A DNA stretch of 64,000 nt from Candidatus Nealsonbacteria bacterium DGGOD1a (GTDB lineage Bacteria > Patescibacteriota > Minisyncoccia > Minisyncoccales > UBA5738): positions 1,025,509 to 1,089,508 of the forward strand of contig CP092821.1 in the NCBI GenBank assembly GCA_022530585.1, in the 5' to 3' direction. The notes below the pieces were generated by a model, which was given only the letters and a program-made list of their open reading frames with translations, ran no database searches and had not been told where the DNA came from. A program made the position numbers and the translations under genes. Positions 25,896-36,096 of this stretch are shown here, one piece after another; the first letter of the stretch is position 1; every line of letters starts with the position of its first letter.

Positions 25896-27446
25896 TCACA
25901 GCGGGGTGTTCCCGTGCTTGCGCTGAATCTTCTCTTCGCGCTTGGTTAATAACGATTCCAGCAATTTGGTCAGAATCGAACGGGTATCTTTGGGATTGAT
26001 TACCATATCCACCTGGCCCATTTTCGCCGCTTCGAAAGCGCTGTTCAGCAGTTTCATTTCGTTGATTTTTTCCTGCTCGAATTTGGGCGCGTCATTGCGC
26101 TCCGCCAATTCGCGGCGGTAAATAATTCCCACCGCCTGTTCCGGCCCCATCACCGCGATCTGCGCCCCCGGCCAGGCAAGAACGCAATCGTAACCCAAAG
26201 CGCGGCTGGCCATGGCAATATACGCGCCGCCAAACGCCTTGCGGATAATCACGCTGATCTTGGGCACGCTGGCTTCGGCATAAGCGTACAAAACTTTGGC
26301 GCCATGGCGAATAATCCCGTTGTGTTCTTGATTGGCGCCGGGAAGATATCCGGAAGTATCAACCAAATTGACCAATGCGATGTTAAAGGAGTCGCACAAC
26401 CGCACAAACCGCGCGATTTTGTCCGAAGAATCAATATCCAAAACTCCGGCCATCGTTTTGGGCTGGTTGGCCACCACGCCCGTGACATAACCGCCCAAAC
26501 GGGCCAAACCAACGATCGCGTTAACCGCAAATTCCGGCTGGATCTCAAAAAATGAATTTTTATCGAAGATCTCTTCGATCACCGCTTTCATATCATAGCC
26601 TTTGCCGCCGTCTTCGGGAACAATGTCTAAGAGTTTGGCATTGTCCTCTTTTTCGAACAGCTCCGCCAAAATGCTTTTTGACCGCGGCGCGTCATCCATA
26701 TTGTTCTGCGGCAAATAACCCAGAAGTTTTTTAACGCCGGCAAAACAGTCTTTCTCGCCGGCACAGCGGAATTGGGCGCAACCGCTTTTGGCGCAATGAG
26801 CGTTGGCTCCCCCCAGCGCGTCGAACGATACCTCCTCGCCGGTAACCTTTTTAATCACTTCCGGCCCGGTGATAAACATTTGCGAAATGCCGTCGACCAT
26901 AAAAACAAAATCCGACAATCCCGGCGCGTAGCACGCGCCGCCGGCCGACGGCCCGACGATAACGCTGATTTGCGGCACCACCCCCGAAGCCTTGACCATC
27001 GCGTTGAATATCCCCGCGTAACCGTCCAGACTGGCGATGCCTTCCTGAATCCGCGCGCCGCCCGAATCAATGATACCGATTATCGGACAACCGATCTTGC
27101 GCGCCCGATCAATCACTTTAATAATTTTTTTGCCGTGCATTTCGCCCAACGAACCGCCGCCCACCTTGGTAAAATCCTGGCTGTAAACGCAAACCGGCCG
27201 GTTGTTGATTTTGCCAAAACCGGCGATCACCGCGTCGCCCGCGGCTCTCTTTTTGTCCAACCCAAAACGGGAAAATCTTGTTTCCGCGAACGGATCAAAC
27301 TCCACGAATGTTTCCGGATCAATCAGCGCGGCAATCCTTTCCCGCGCCGCCATCTTCCCTTTTTGATGCTGCTTTTCGATCAATTCGGAGTTTTCCAACC
27401 CCTCCAAGTTTTTGTTTAATTGTTCGATTTCTTTTTCAAAATTCAT
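25896..27446 (-). CDS. Acyl-CoA carboxylase carboxyltransferase subunit (PccB/AccD5 type)
   Basis: 516 aa with two crotonase-like CT halves. Blocks GGARIQEG and SVIIRKAFGGAYIAM are typical of the propionyl/acetyl-CoA carboxylase beta chain. Confidence 0.85.
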   Translation of the reverse strand: MNFEKEIEQLNKNLEGLENSELIEKQHQKGKMAARERIAALIDPETFVEFDPFAETRFSRFGLDKKRAAGDAVIAGFGKINNRPVCVYSQDFTKVGGGSLGEMHGKKIIKVIDRARKIGCPIIGIIDSGGARIQEGIASLDGYAGIFNAMVKASGVVPQISVIVGPSAGGACYAPGLSDFVFMVDGISQMFITGPEVIKKVTGEEVSFDALGGANAHCAKSGCAQFRCAGEKDCFAGVKKLLGYLPQNNMDDAPRSKSILAELFEKEDNAKLLDIVPEDGGKGYDMKAVIEEIFDKNSFFEIQPEFAVNAIVGLARLGGYVTGVVANQPKTMAGVLDIDSSDKIARFVRLCDSFNIALVNLVDTSGYLPGANQEHNGIIRHGAKVLYAYAEASVPKISVIIRKAFGGAYIAMASRALGYDCVLAWPGAQIAVMGPEQAVGIIYRRELAERNDAPKFEQEKINEMKLLNSAFEAAKMGQVDMVINPKDTRSILTKLLESLLTKREEKIQRKHGNTPL

Positions 27447-27466
27447 TGTAATTAATTAAAATTTTA

Positions 27467-27994
27467 TTAGCTGATCGTTTTAAATATCTGTTGCAACTGG
27501 CTTATACTATGCTCTAAAATTTGATTATTGTCAATGGTCTCGCCCAGTTCGATCTCAAGCGAAGTCGCATTCGCCAATTCCGCCGGAAACGCCCCGATAT
27601 TGGTATTCACGCCAATCCCGATCACCGATGATTTCACTTCGCCCGCGATTATATTTTCCGTCAGAATTCCGCAAATTTTTTTGCCGTTAAGATACACATC
27701 GTTGGGCAGTTTTACGAACGGTTCCACTTCGAATCGGTCTTTGACGGTTTGAGCCACGGCGAACGCCGCCAAAATTGTCAAAATCCGCAAATCGTCAACA
27801 TTGCTCTTGGGCAGAATCACGGAAAAATACAGCCCTCCTTGAGGCGAAAACCAAGCATTGCCTTTCCGGCCATAGCCGTTGTCTTGCTTTTTGGCGACAA
27901 CAATGGTCCACGCCGCCGCCCCCCCAGCCGCCAGTTCCTTGGCCCTGACGCTGGTGGAATCCAGATTATCAAATTTTTTAATATCTAAATCCAT
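27467..27994 (-). CDS. birA: Biotin-protein ligase (short, no HTH)
   Basis: 175 aa with GYGRKGNAWFSPQGGLYFSV, resembling the GRGRxGRxWxSP motif. Confidence 0.65.
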   Translation of the reverse strand: MDLDIKKFDNLDSTSVRAKELAAGGAAAWTIVVAKKQDNGYGRKGNAWFSPQGGLYFSVILPKSNVDDLRILTILAAFAVAQTVKDRFEVEPFVKLPNDVYLNGKKICGILTENIIAGEVKSSVIGIGVNTNIGAFPAELANATSLEIELGETIDNNQILEHSISQLQQIFKTIS

Positions 27995-27999
27995 AAAAA

Positions 28000-28386
28000 T
28001 TATGCCAGAACGATAAGAATATCGCCTTCTTTGACTTTTTGATCTTTTGCGACTTTGATTTCTTTGATTTTGCCGCCGGTTTCCGATAAAATTTCATTTT
28101 CCATTTTCATCGCCGAAAGCGTAAGCAGTTTTTGCCCCAATTTTACGATATCGCCCGCGTTAACGGATATTTCCGAAATCGTCCCGGCCAAAACCGCTTT
28201 GACTTCTTTTGACGAAAGGTCTCTTTTGGGCAGGATTGCCTGCGGTACCACCGCCGCCGCCTGAACCGCGTCAAACGATCCGTACGAAAACTCTTTGCCG
28301 TTGACAACAACCTTCATGGCTTGTTCGCCTTGGTCAATGATTTCCACATCATAATCCTTGCCTTGATTGTTGAATTTGAATTTCAT
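28000..28386 (-). CDS. Biotin carboxyl carrier protein
   Basis: 128 aa with the C-terminal biotinyl-lysine motif LSAMKMENEI. Confidence 0.8.
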   Translation of the reverse strand: MKFKFNNQGKDYDVEIIDQGEQAMKVVVNGKEFSYGSFDAVQAAAVVPQAILPKRDLSSKEVKAVLAGTISEISVNAGDIVKLGQKLLTLSAMKMENEILSETGGKIKEIKVAKDQKVKEGDILIVLA

Positions 28387-28398
28387 GGTTTTTGGCCC

Positions 28399-29943
28399 TT
28401 ATTCTTCGGGGTTTGCCATCCGCCCGGATAAAACCCATTTTGAAACCGCCGGCTCATCGCCCAAAGATCCATTGAAATTTTTTATTTCCCGATATATCGC
28501 GCGCGCGATATCGGCAATCGCCTGTTCTTCGATCTCCTTGCGTCCGCAAACGACTTTTTTCTGCAAATACGGCTTGAGCATCAAATCCTGGACAATGCCG
28601 CTTTTCTCAATGAAATTAGTGTAAAAATTACCGCTGATGAAATCATCTTTTTCCAACAATAATTTGAAAAATGGAATCGTGGTGGCAACACCCTCGATAA
28701 CGGTTTCGGAAAGCGCGCGGCGCAACTTGGTGATTGCCGAATCCCGATCCTTTCCGTACGCGATCACCTTTGCCAGCATCGAATCAAAATAGGGATAAAC
28801 CTCCTGGCCGTCCTGCAAGAAACTGTGGACAAAAACCCCCTGGCCTTGCGGAGGGATGTATTTTGAAACCGCGCCCGGCGAAGGAATGAAATTTTTTCGC
28901 GGGTCTTCGGCGTTAACGCGCACCTCGATGGCCCATCCGCTCTGATAAACGCTTTCCTGGCCGAACGACAGCTGTTTGCCTTCGGCGATCCTGATCTGCT
29001 GCTCCACGATATCGATTCCGGTAACCGCCTCGGTAACCGGATGCTCAACCTGAATCCGCGGATTCACTTCCATAAAATAATAATTTTTGTCTTTATCCAG
29101 CAGAAATTCTATCGTGGCCGCGCCGCGATAACTCAAATATTGCGCGATCTTAACCGCCCAAGCGCCCATTTCGGCGCGCAAACGATCGTCAATCGCCGCG
29201 GAAGGCGATTCTTCCACCATTTTCTGGAACCGGCGCTGGATCGAACATTCGCGTTCGCCCAAATGCACCGCCTTGCGGCCGTCGCCCAAAACTTGGAATT
29301 CGATATGTTTGACTTCGGGCAAATATTTTTCCAGAAAAAAATCAATGTCGTCGAAAGCGCCCGCAATCTGCCGCTGGACTCCCAGCGACAGCGTCATCAT
29401 TTCCTCATAATTCATCTGGCCGTTAACCACGCGAATACCCATCCCGCCACCGCCCCGCTGGGCTTTGATGATAAATGGCGGCTTGATGCGGTCGGCCCAT
29501 TTGATCAAATCTTTTTTGCTTTTTATCGATTGGTCGGAGGCCGGAACCGTGGGAATGCCGATTTTTCTGGCGATTTTTTTGGCCTCGATTTTATCCTGCA
29601 AAGTCCGCAAGGTCTTAAAATGCGGCCCGATGAATTTTATCCGGCTGCGATCGCACATCAAAGCGAATTGCCAGTTCTCCGACAAAAAACCATAACCCGG
29701 ATGGATGGCGTCGACTTTGGCCTTTTTGGCGATCGAAATTATTTTTTCTTTATCGAGATACCCCGCCGAACCTTCTTTCTCAAGATAATAAAATTCATCG
29801 GCCAATGATGTTTCCAAAAAATTTTTTTCCTGGCCGGGCATCGGGCACAAAACCACGGTTTTAATGCCCATTTCACGGCATGTCCGCAAAATGCGCAAAG
29901 CGATTTCTCCCCGGTTGGCAATAAGAATTTTTTTAATTTCCAT
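28399..29943 (-). CDS. accC: Biotin carboxylase (ATP-grasp) with C-terminal extension
   Basis: 514 aa with KILIANRGEIALRI, HPGYGFLSEN, ECSIQRRFQK and EVNPRIQVEHPVTE. Confidence 0.9.
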   Translation of the reverse strand: MEIKKILIANRGEIALRILRTCREMGIKTVVLCPMPGQEKNFLETSLADEFYYLEKEGSAGYLDKEKIISIAKKAKVDAIHPGYGFLSENWQFALMCDRSRIKFIGPHFKTLRTLQDKIEAKKIARKIGIPTVPASDQSIKSKKDLIKWADRIKPPFIIKAQRGGGGMGIRVVNGQMNYEEMMTLSLGVQRQIAGAFDDIDFFLEKYLPEVKHIEFQVLGDGRKAVHLGERECSIQRRFQKMVEESPSAAIDDRLRAEMGAWAVKIAQYLSYRGAATIEFLLDKDKNYYFMEVNPRIQVEHPVTEAVTGIDIVEQQIRIAEGKQLSFGQESVYQSGWAIEVRVNAEDPRKNFIPSPGAVSKYIPPQGQGVFVHSFLQDGQEVYPYFDSMLAKVIAYGKDRDSAITKLRRALSETVIEGVATTIPFFKLLLEKDDFISGNFYTNFIEKSGIVQDLMLKPYLQKKVVCGRKEIEEQAIADIARAIYREIKNFNGSLGDEPAVSKWVLSGRMANPEE

Positions 29944-30598
29944 TTTCTTTTAACAATTTCCGCACCTCATCTTCAATCCGTCCGGAAACACCGGCGCAAA
30001 GTTTGCGGTATTCGAACGACTCCTTGTCCATTTTTCCCGCGGCCGCGATTTCAGGACCGAAAATCAACGGTTTGCCGATATTTATTCGCGCCGCTTTTCT
30101 GAATTTCAACCGGCCATGGGGCGGCATCAATTCCTGGGTTCCCTCGATGGCCACCGGCAAAACGGGAACGCCGCTGTCCAAATGCAATTTGCCTACGCCT
30201 GATTTGAAATTGCGCATTACTCCGTCATACGCCCTCCCGCCTTCCGGATAGATCACCACGCAATATCCGCGGCCAAGCATTTTTATCGCCGTCGCGACCG
30301 CGTCTTTCTTTGATTGATCGCTTTTGCGGTCGATCGGAATTATCCCGCCGTAAAAATAAATAATGTTGCGCCACAATTTTTTAAAACCCGCGTACTGGTC
30401 GACTTGGGCGATGAAAGTAAATCTGCGCGGCGTGGTGATATAGCCGCTCATAAACCAGTCCATATGGCTCAAATGATTGGAAGCCAAAATAAAGTTGCCC
30501 TTGGGAATATTATTCCCGCCCTTGATGTCTTTGATCAGCAAATTCCTGACCGCTCCCCCAAGCAACATTCGCGATAAAGTTGAAACGAAAGTATTCAT
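29933..30598 (-). CDS. plsC: 1-acyl-sn-glycerol-3-phosphate acyltransferase family (PlsC-like) 1
   Basis: HX4D block NHLSHMDW, plus YPEGGR and PVLPVAI. Confidence 0.8.
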   Translation of the reverse strand: MNTFVSTLSRMLLGGAVRNLLIKDIKGGNNIPKGNFILASNHLSHMDWFMSGYITTPRRFTFIAQVDQYAGFKKLWRNIIYFYGGIIPIDRKSDQSKKDAVATAIKMLGRGYCVVIYPEGGRAYDGVMRNFKSGVGKLHLDSGVPVLPVAIEGTQELMPPHGRLKFRKAARINIGKPLIFGPEIAAAGKMDKESFEYRKLCAGVSGRIEDEVRKLLKENGN

Positions 30599-30665
30599 CG
30601 AAAAAATTTAAAATTAAAATTCCACAAAAAATTTTGCCTTAATTTTACATTTTGATTTTTCAATT

Positions 30666-31322
30666 TTAATCTTTTAACAATTCTCTAACCGCTTCCTCAA
30701 CCTTTTTGGCAACATCAACGCAAAGCCCGTAATAGGCTTGCGATTTCTTGTCCAGCAATTCCGCCGCCTTCCTTTCTTTGGCAAAATCAAGAGGTTTGCC
30801 GATTTTTATTTTTACGATTCTTTTCGCCCTGAATTTCTCCCCCGGCGCCATCAACTCATAAGTGCCAAAATGCGCCACCGGCAAAACGGGAACGCCGCTC
30901 TCCAGATGAAACCGGCCCACGCCCGGCTTGAATTCGTGCAATTTGCCGTCGCGCGACCGCGTGCCTTCCGGATAAACTACCAAGCAATAACCTCTTTTAA
31001 GTATTGTTTGCGCGGCCATCGCGGCTCTCTTTTTTGATTCGTGATCGTTGCGGTCAACCGGAATCACCTGGACCCACCAATAAATCAAGTCGCGCAAAAA
31101 TCCTTTGATCCCGGTCATTTTATCCACTTGACCGATAAAAGTGAATCGCCGCGGCGTCAGAATCGCGCCGTCAATCAGCCAATCAATATGGCTCAAATGG
31201 TTGGCCGCGTAAATAAAATTCCCTTTAGGAAAATTTTCCCGGCCTTCCACTTCCTTGACAAACATCCTTTTAATGCATTGCCCGGGGAAAAGCCACGCGA
31301 TCGTTGAAACCGTCTTTTCCAT
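30666..31322 (-). CDS. plsC: PlsC-like acyltransferase 2
   Basis: NHLSHIDW, YPEGTRS and PVLPVAH. Paralog of the adjacent gene. Confidence 0.8.
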   Translation of the reverse strand: MEKTVSTIAWLFPGQCIKRMFVKEVEGRENFPKGNFIYAANHLSHIDWLIDGAILTPRRFTFIGQVDKMTGIKGFLRDLIYWWVQVIPVDRNDHESKKRAAMAAQTILKRGYCLVVYPEGTRSRDGKLHEFKPGVGRFHLESGVPVLPVAHFGTYELMAPGEKFRAKRIVKIKIGKPLDFAKERKAAELLDKKSQAYYGLCVDVAKKVEEAVRELLKD

Positions 31323-31326
31323 CTTT

Positions 31327-32268
31327 TTATTTTACCAAATCCGCCGCCGCCGACAGAATTTTTTGGGTATCGGCAATAATTTCGTCAACAATCTCCCGGC
31401 AAGTTTTTATTTCTTTGATCCCTCCCGCGCAAGTGCCGCACAATAGCGGCGACAAATCGGCGTTCGCGCCGCCTTTGTTGCCGGCGAACCGTTCAGATTT
31501 GATTTCTTCGGGGAACGGATTTTTTTCCTCGATCTTGCGCACCGATTCAACGAATTTGTTATTGATCATCCGTACCGGATGGCCGGTAAAACGCGCCACC
31601 ACCGCGATATTCTCATCGGCGGCGTTAATCACCGCCTTCTTATAGCTTTCGCTCACCTGACACTCGGTCGCCGCCAAGAATCGGGTGCCGATCTGTACGC
31701 CATCGGCGCCCAAAACCATTGCGGCGGCCATTGCCCGTCCGTCGCAAATTCCGCCGGCGGCGATCACCGGAATATCTTTAACCATTCCGGCGGCCTGCGG
31801 CACCAAACACATTGTCGTGCTTTCGCCGATATGCCCGCCGGATTCAAGCCCCTCCACCACCACCGCGTCCGCACCCGCCTGCTCCATTTTCACCGCCAAA
31901 CGCGCGTAAGGCACCACGGGAATAATTTTAACGCCCGCCTGTTTCAAAAACGGCATTAACGACACCGGGTTGCCGCCGCCGGTGAACACAACCGGAACTT
32001 TATTGGCAATGATCGCCTTGACCAGTTCGGAAACATTCGGGTTTTGCAATAAAAGGTTCACGCCAAACGGCTTGCCGGTCAACAGCTTGGTTTTTTTAAT
32101 TTCTTCATCCAGCCAAGCGGCCGACGCGAATCCCGATCCGATCACGCCCAACCCCCCGGCATTGGAAACCGCGGAAGCCAGAACCGATTCCGAAACGCCC
32201 GCCATGCCGCCTTGGATGACCGGATACTTGATATTCAAAAGTTTTGCGAGTTTATTGTTTTCAAACAT
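31327..32268 (-). CDS. FabK-like enoyl reductase / nitronate monooxygenase-family flavoprotein
   Basis: YPVIQGGMAGVS, GADAVVVEGLESGGH and AAGGICDG. I chose the ATG at 32268 because the track start 32295 is a TTG inside the family-A repeat. Confidence 0.7.
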   Translation of the reverse strand: MFENNKLAKLLNIKYPVIQGGMAGVSESVLASAVSNAGGLGVIGSGFASAAWLDEEIKKTKLLTGKPFGVNLLLQNPNVSELVKAIIANKVPVVFTGGGNPVSLMPFLKQAGVKIIPVVPYARLAVKMEQAGADAVVVEGLESGGHIGESTTMCLVPQAAGMVKDIPVIAAGGICDGRAMAAAMVLGADGVQIGTRFLAATECQVSESYKKAVINAADENIAVVARFTGHPVRMINNKFVESVRKIEEKNPFPEEIKSERFAGNKGGANADLSPLLCGTCAGGIKEIKTCREIVDEIIADTQKILSAAADLVK

Positions 32269-32412
32269 ATTCCAAATTAAAAATGTAAATATCAAAAATC
32301 AGTTTGGTGGGCAGTTTTACTAAACTGATAATGACAATTTAAAATGTTAAAATGCCGCGTTTTAAAAATTTTGCGATTTTGCATTGTCATTTTTCATTTT
32401 GATTTTTCAATT
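32269..32412 (-). repeat. Family-A upstream module (upstream of fabK-like gene)
   Basis: See 4556-4685. Carries an extra hairpin ATCAGTTT..AAACTGAT and the long stem AATGACAAT..ATTGTCATT. Confidence 0.7.
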
Positions 32413-33939
32413 TTAAACAATCAATGGTTCTTTGGCCAGAATCGCGTTGGCTTCTCCGACCAATTCTTTGATTAATTTTTTGACCGTGGTGATTTCTTTC
32501 ACGCGCCAGACATTTGACCCGGCGAAAACAATACCGTTCTCGACATCGCCTTTGCGCGCGTTCTCCAGCGCCTTCAAAATACAATAGCTCTTGTCGCAAA
32601 CCGGCCCGATACAGCCCTGACATTCGGCGGGGTTGGGCTTGGGCGCCGTACCGGCCTCCACTTTATCCGAAAACGGCGTGCGGATCGCGCGGCCGGGCAA
32701 CCCGACCGGCGAATGGACAATGATGCTGTCTTCCTTTTTGGCGTTAATATGCGCTTCCTTGAATTTGATGTTGGCGTCGCATTCTTCGGTGGAAACAAAG
32801 CGCGTTCCCAATTGCACTCCCACCGCGCCCGCGCGCATCATTTCCACGATATCGGCGCCGGTGAAAATCCCGCCCGCCGCAATCAGCGGAACCTTAATGC
32901 CCGCCGCCGCGACTTCTTTTAAAATATCGATCATTTTGCGGAAAGGGATTCCGTGCGGGAATCCAAGATGTCCGGCCGCGTCCGCGCCCACGACAATGAT
33001 TGCCGCCGCGCCCGCGTCCTGCGCTTTCTGCGCGACTTTGGCCGAAGAAGCCAGGGAGAATATCGGAGTGTTGCTGTCGCGCGCCATTTCAAAAATATCT
33101 TTTCGGAAACCCGCGCCTTGGACGATCAAATCAACTTTTTCCTCAATCGCGGCCTGAACCAATTGTTGGAAACGGCCAACCACCCCCATAATGTTGATGC
33201 CGATCACTCCGTCGGCGCCGGCAATTTTCCGCGCCTGGCTGATTTCGCTTTTCAATTCTTCGGGATCTCTCATCCCGGAAGCGGCCACAAGCCCCACGCC
33301 GCCCTCTTTGGCCACATTCCCCGCCAAATTGTGCAATGACACGCGCACCGCCATTCCGCCCTGAATAATCGGATATTTAGCCGTCCAGTGCGCGATTTTT
33401 AACGGCGGCAACTCATAAAGTTTCGCGCCGGTCTTTTGCGCCGAAGTAATCGCCGAAACCGGCTGAACCGCGGCGCGGTGAACAAAATTCCGTTTCATTT
33501 CTTCCTTATCCATAACCGCCACGGAAAATCTGACCTCGCATTTAAGAACGCCGCCCACATACGCCTCGCCGACAAAATTGGCGATCTTTGAATTATAAAC
33601 CCCCAAGAGCTGGACCCGGTATTTTATCCGATCGCCGGGAAGTATCGGCGAATAAAACATCGCTCCCCGGACCTGATAAGCCAGCAAATGTTTTTGCTTG
33701 TGGCTGTCGCCCAATTTCGTCCTCAACAAAAGCGTACCGGTCTGGGCGACGCCCTCAACCACCAAAACTCCCGGCATAATCGGAAAATCAACGAAATGCC
33801 CCTTAAAATAAGGATCCAGCGATAAAGTTTGTTTATAGCCGACAATAACATCCCCTTCTATTTTCTCGATTTCATCAACCCACAAAAAAGGGTCGTCGTA
33901 AGGAATTATCTGTTTGATTTGTTCTTTTGTGTATAACAT
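32413..33939 (-). CDS. FabZ-like hotdog dehydratase fused to FabK/NMO-like TIM-barrel, Cys-rich tail
   Basis: N-terminus: DDPFLWVDEI..YFKGHFVDFPIMPGVLVVEG (FabZ/FabA motif). Middle: YPIIQGGMAV, AGADAAGHLG, AAGGIFTG. Tail: ECQGCIGPVCDKSYC. I chose the ATG at 33939. Confidence 0.7.
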   Translation of the reverse strand: MLYTKEQIKQIIPYDDPFLWVDEIEKIEGDVIVGYKQTLSLDPYFKGHFVDFPIMPGVLVVEGVAQTGTLLLRTKLGDSHKQKHLLAYQVRGAMFYSPILPGDRIKYRVQLLGVYNSKIANFVGEAYVGGVLKCEVRFSVAVMDKEEMKRNFVHRAAVQPVSAITSAQKTGAKLYELPPLKIAHWTAKYPIIQGGMAVRVSLHNLAGNVAKEGGVGLVAASGMRDPEELKSEISQARKIAGADGVIGINIMGVVGRFQQLVQAAIEEKVDLIVQGAGFRKDIFEMARDSNTPIFSLASSAKVAQKAQDAGAAAIIVVGADAAGHLGFPHGIPFRKMIDILKEVAAAGIKVPLIAAGGIFTGADIVEMMRAGAVGVQLGTRFVSTEECDANIKFKEAHINAKKEDSIIVHSPVGLPGRAIRTPFSDKVEAGTAPKPNPAECQGCIGPVCDKSYCILKALENARKGDVENGIVFAGSNVWRVKEITTVKKLIKELVGEANAILAKEPLIV

Positions 33940-34075
33940 ATTTTTTATCGAACCCGCCCCGCCGGGCCAAAACCGGCGCGGAATTTGCCGAATTTGATTT
34001 GTACCATAAAAGTGCCGGCAAAGCAATCTTCACCGCCGCTTAATATTATAGCACTTAGTATGCCAAAACGGTCAA

Positions 34076-35290
34076 TTATGAATACAAATAATCCCGAGTC
34101 GGCGGCAGATCATTGTTGACTCCATTGGTAAAAGTTATCTGATACAATCGATTGCCGGCATTCTTAAAAGCGACCGCGCTGCCGTTCAAATAAAGCCGCC
34201 ACATCCGGATGAATTCCTCGGCCCGGATCCGATCTTTTATTTCTCGGGCCAAGACATTCTTCACTTCGGCGCCGGCCGCTTCAAAATTAGCGATCCAAAG
34301 ATCAAGCGTTTTGGCGTAATGCATCCGCAAATCTTCGACATCATAGAAAACCAACTCGGCTTTATTCATCGCGTCGGCAATCATTGCCAGCGTCGGAACA
34401 AACCCGCCCGGAAAAATGTATTTGGCGATAAACGGATCGGTCGCTCCCCCGAATCGGGAACCAATGGTGTGCAAAACGCCGATACCCGAAGGTTTAAGCG
34501 TCTTTTTAACCATTGAAAAAAAATCCGGATAATAGTTTTTCCCCACATGCTCGAACATTCCGATGGAAACAAACTTGTCAAAAACTCCCTGGACTTGGCG
34601 GTAATCTTTCAAATAAACCTTTATCTTGGCGCCCAAATTATTTTCTTTAATCTTTTGCGAAATGTATTCGTATTGGTTTTGCGACAATGTGCAACCGACG
34701 CAATCGGCGCCATAATTTTTCGCGGCGTGAAACATCATCCCTCCCCAACCGCAACCGACATCCAGCAATTTCTCTCCGCCTCGCAAGCAAAGTTTCTTGC
34801 AAATATAATCGTGTTTGTTCGCTTGCGCGATCTCCAGACTGTCGAAGCCGTTTTTAAAATACGCGCAGGAGTAAGTCATCGCCGGGTCAAGCCATAAAGA
34901 ATAAAAATCATTGCCGATATCATAATGATATTTGATATTCTTTTTTGAATCGCGGGCCGCCGCGCGCGCCAAAATCGCGTTTGCCAACACCCGGAGCTTT
35001 ACCCCCGGCGAGATGTTCCGATTAAGATCGCGCCAATGATCGTACAGCCCCAGCATCGCTTGCATATCTCCGGCAACCTCGATATTGCCGGCCATATATT
35101 CCTCGCCGAAACCCAATGTGCCGGCCGACAAAAACTTCTTTAACGCGCTTTCGCGACGAAAGATAATCTTGAATTTTTCCGTCCCCCGCCCATATTGTTT
35201 TTTTGTTTCATCCCAAAATTCGACCGAGAACGGCGTATGCGGCGCCCGTTCGCTGATGTTTTTAAGAATATCGTCTAAAATATTATCCAT
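34076..35290 (-). CDS. cfa: Cyclopropane-fatty-acyl-phospholipid synthase family methyltransferase
   Basis: 404 aa with YSCAYF, SAM motif LLDVGCGWGG, and FEHVG. Confidence 0.8.
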   Translation of the reverse strand: MDNILDDILKNISERAPHTPFSVEFWDETKKQYGRGTEKFKIIFRRESALKKFLSAGTLGFGEEYMAGNIEVAGDMQAMLGLYDHWRDLNRNISPGVKLRVLANAILARAAARDSKKNIKYHYDIGNDFYSLWLDPAMTYSCAYFKNGFDSLEIAQANKHDYICKKLCLRGGEKLLDVGCGWGGMMFHAAKNYGADCVGCTLSQNQYEYISQKIKENNLGAKIKVYLKDYRQVQGVFDKFVSIGMFEHVGKNYYPDFFSMVKKTLKPSGIGVLHTIGSRFGGATDPFIAKYIFPGGFVPTLAMIADAMNKAELVFYDVEDLRMHYAKTLDLWIANFEAAGAEVKNVLAREIKDRIRAEEFIRMWRLYLNGSAVAFKNAGNRLYQITFTNGVNNDLPPTRDYLYS

Positions 35291-35343
35291 ATTTTTTGGT
35301 TATTCTTATGCCCGACCCGCTTTAATTTTGGATTGAACAAAAA

Positions 35344-36096
35344 TCACAGCCACAAACCGCCGTCGATATTGATGATGTCCCCGGTCACAAAACTTGCTTC
35401 GCTTGAAGCCAGAAACGCGATCACATTCGCCACTTCTTCGGGCTTGCCGGTCCGCGCCAATGAAGTTAATTTTTTCACCATCGCCTTGATGTCTTCGGGC
35501 ATCGCCTCGGTCATTTTCGACTCGATAAATCCCGGGGCCACCGCGTTAACGCGCACGCCGAATTTACCGACTTCTTTAGAAAGCGTCTTGGTAAATCCAA
35601 TGATGCCGGCTTTGGCCGCGGTGTAATTGGTTTGCCCGAAATTGCCCCGCAATCCCGAGAAAGACGACATACTCACGATATTGCCCTGATTGGCGATCAG
35701 CATCGGCAACGCGGTTTTTGAGCAGTTGAAAACGCTGGTCAAATTGATGTCAATCACGCGCTGCCATTCTTCCACGGTCATTTTCGCCAGCGTCCGGTCC
35801 TTGGCAATGCCCGCATTATTGATCAGAACATCCAAACGGCCGAATTCGGTTTGGATCGCGGCCATCATTTTTTCCACATCATCGTATTTGGAAACATCGG
35901 CCATAAAATATTTCGCGTCCGGCGCGGCCGCTTTTTTGGCTTCCTCAACCGCCGCCTTTAAATTTTCCTCTTGTGCCGCGATATCGTTAAACGCGATTTT
36001 CGCGCTCAATGAGGCGAATTTCAACGCGACCGCGCGCCCGATTCCCTGCGACGAACCGGTGATTAAAACAACTTTCCCGTCAAATATGTTTGCCAT
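35344..36096 (-). CDS. fabG: 3-oxoacyl reductase (SDR, FabG-like)
   Basis: TGSSQGIGRA, NNAG and YTAAK. I chose the ATG at 36096 because the track start is a TTG inside the repeat. Confidence 0.8.
   Translation of the reverse strand: MANIFDGKVVLITGSSQGIGRAVALKFASLSAKIAFNDIAAQEENLKAAVEEAKKAAAPDAKYFMADVSKYDDVEKMMAAIQTEFGRLDVLINNAGIAKDRTLAKMTVEEWQRVIDINLTSVFNCSKTALPMLIANQGNIVSMSSFSGLRGNFGQTNYTAAKAGIIGFTKTLSKEVGKFGVRVNAVAPGFIESKMTEAMPEDIKAMVKKLTSLARTGKPEEVANVIAFLASSEASFVTGDIINIDGGLWL

Noticed and set aside
26772-29808. Long plus-strand ORFs (26772-27419, 29041-29808) inside the carboxylase genes
   Set aside because: They are antisense shadows of strongly supported carboxyltransferase and biotin carboxylase genes, with Arg/His-rich products.
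32269-32295. Track N-terminal extensions MIFTFLI... on the fabK-like and fabG genes
   Set aside because: Both extensions arise from a TTG inside the same family-A repeat (GATTTTTGATATTTACATTTTT). Conserved protein sequence starts at the downstream ATGs (32268 and 36096).
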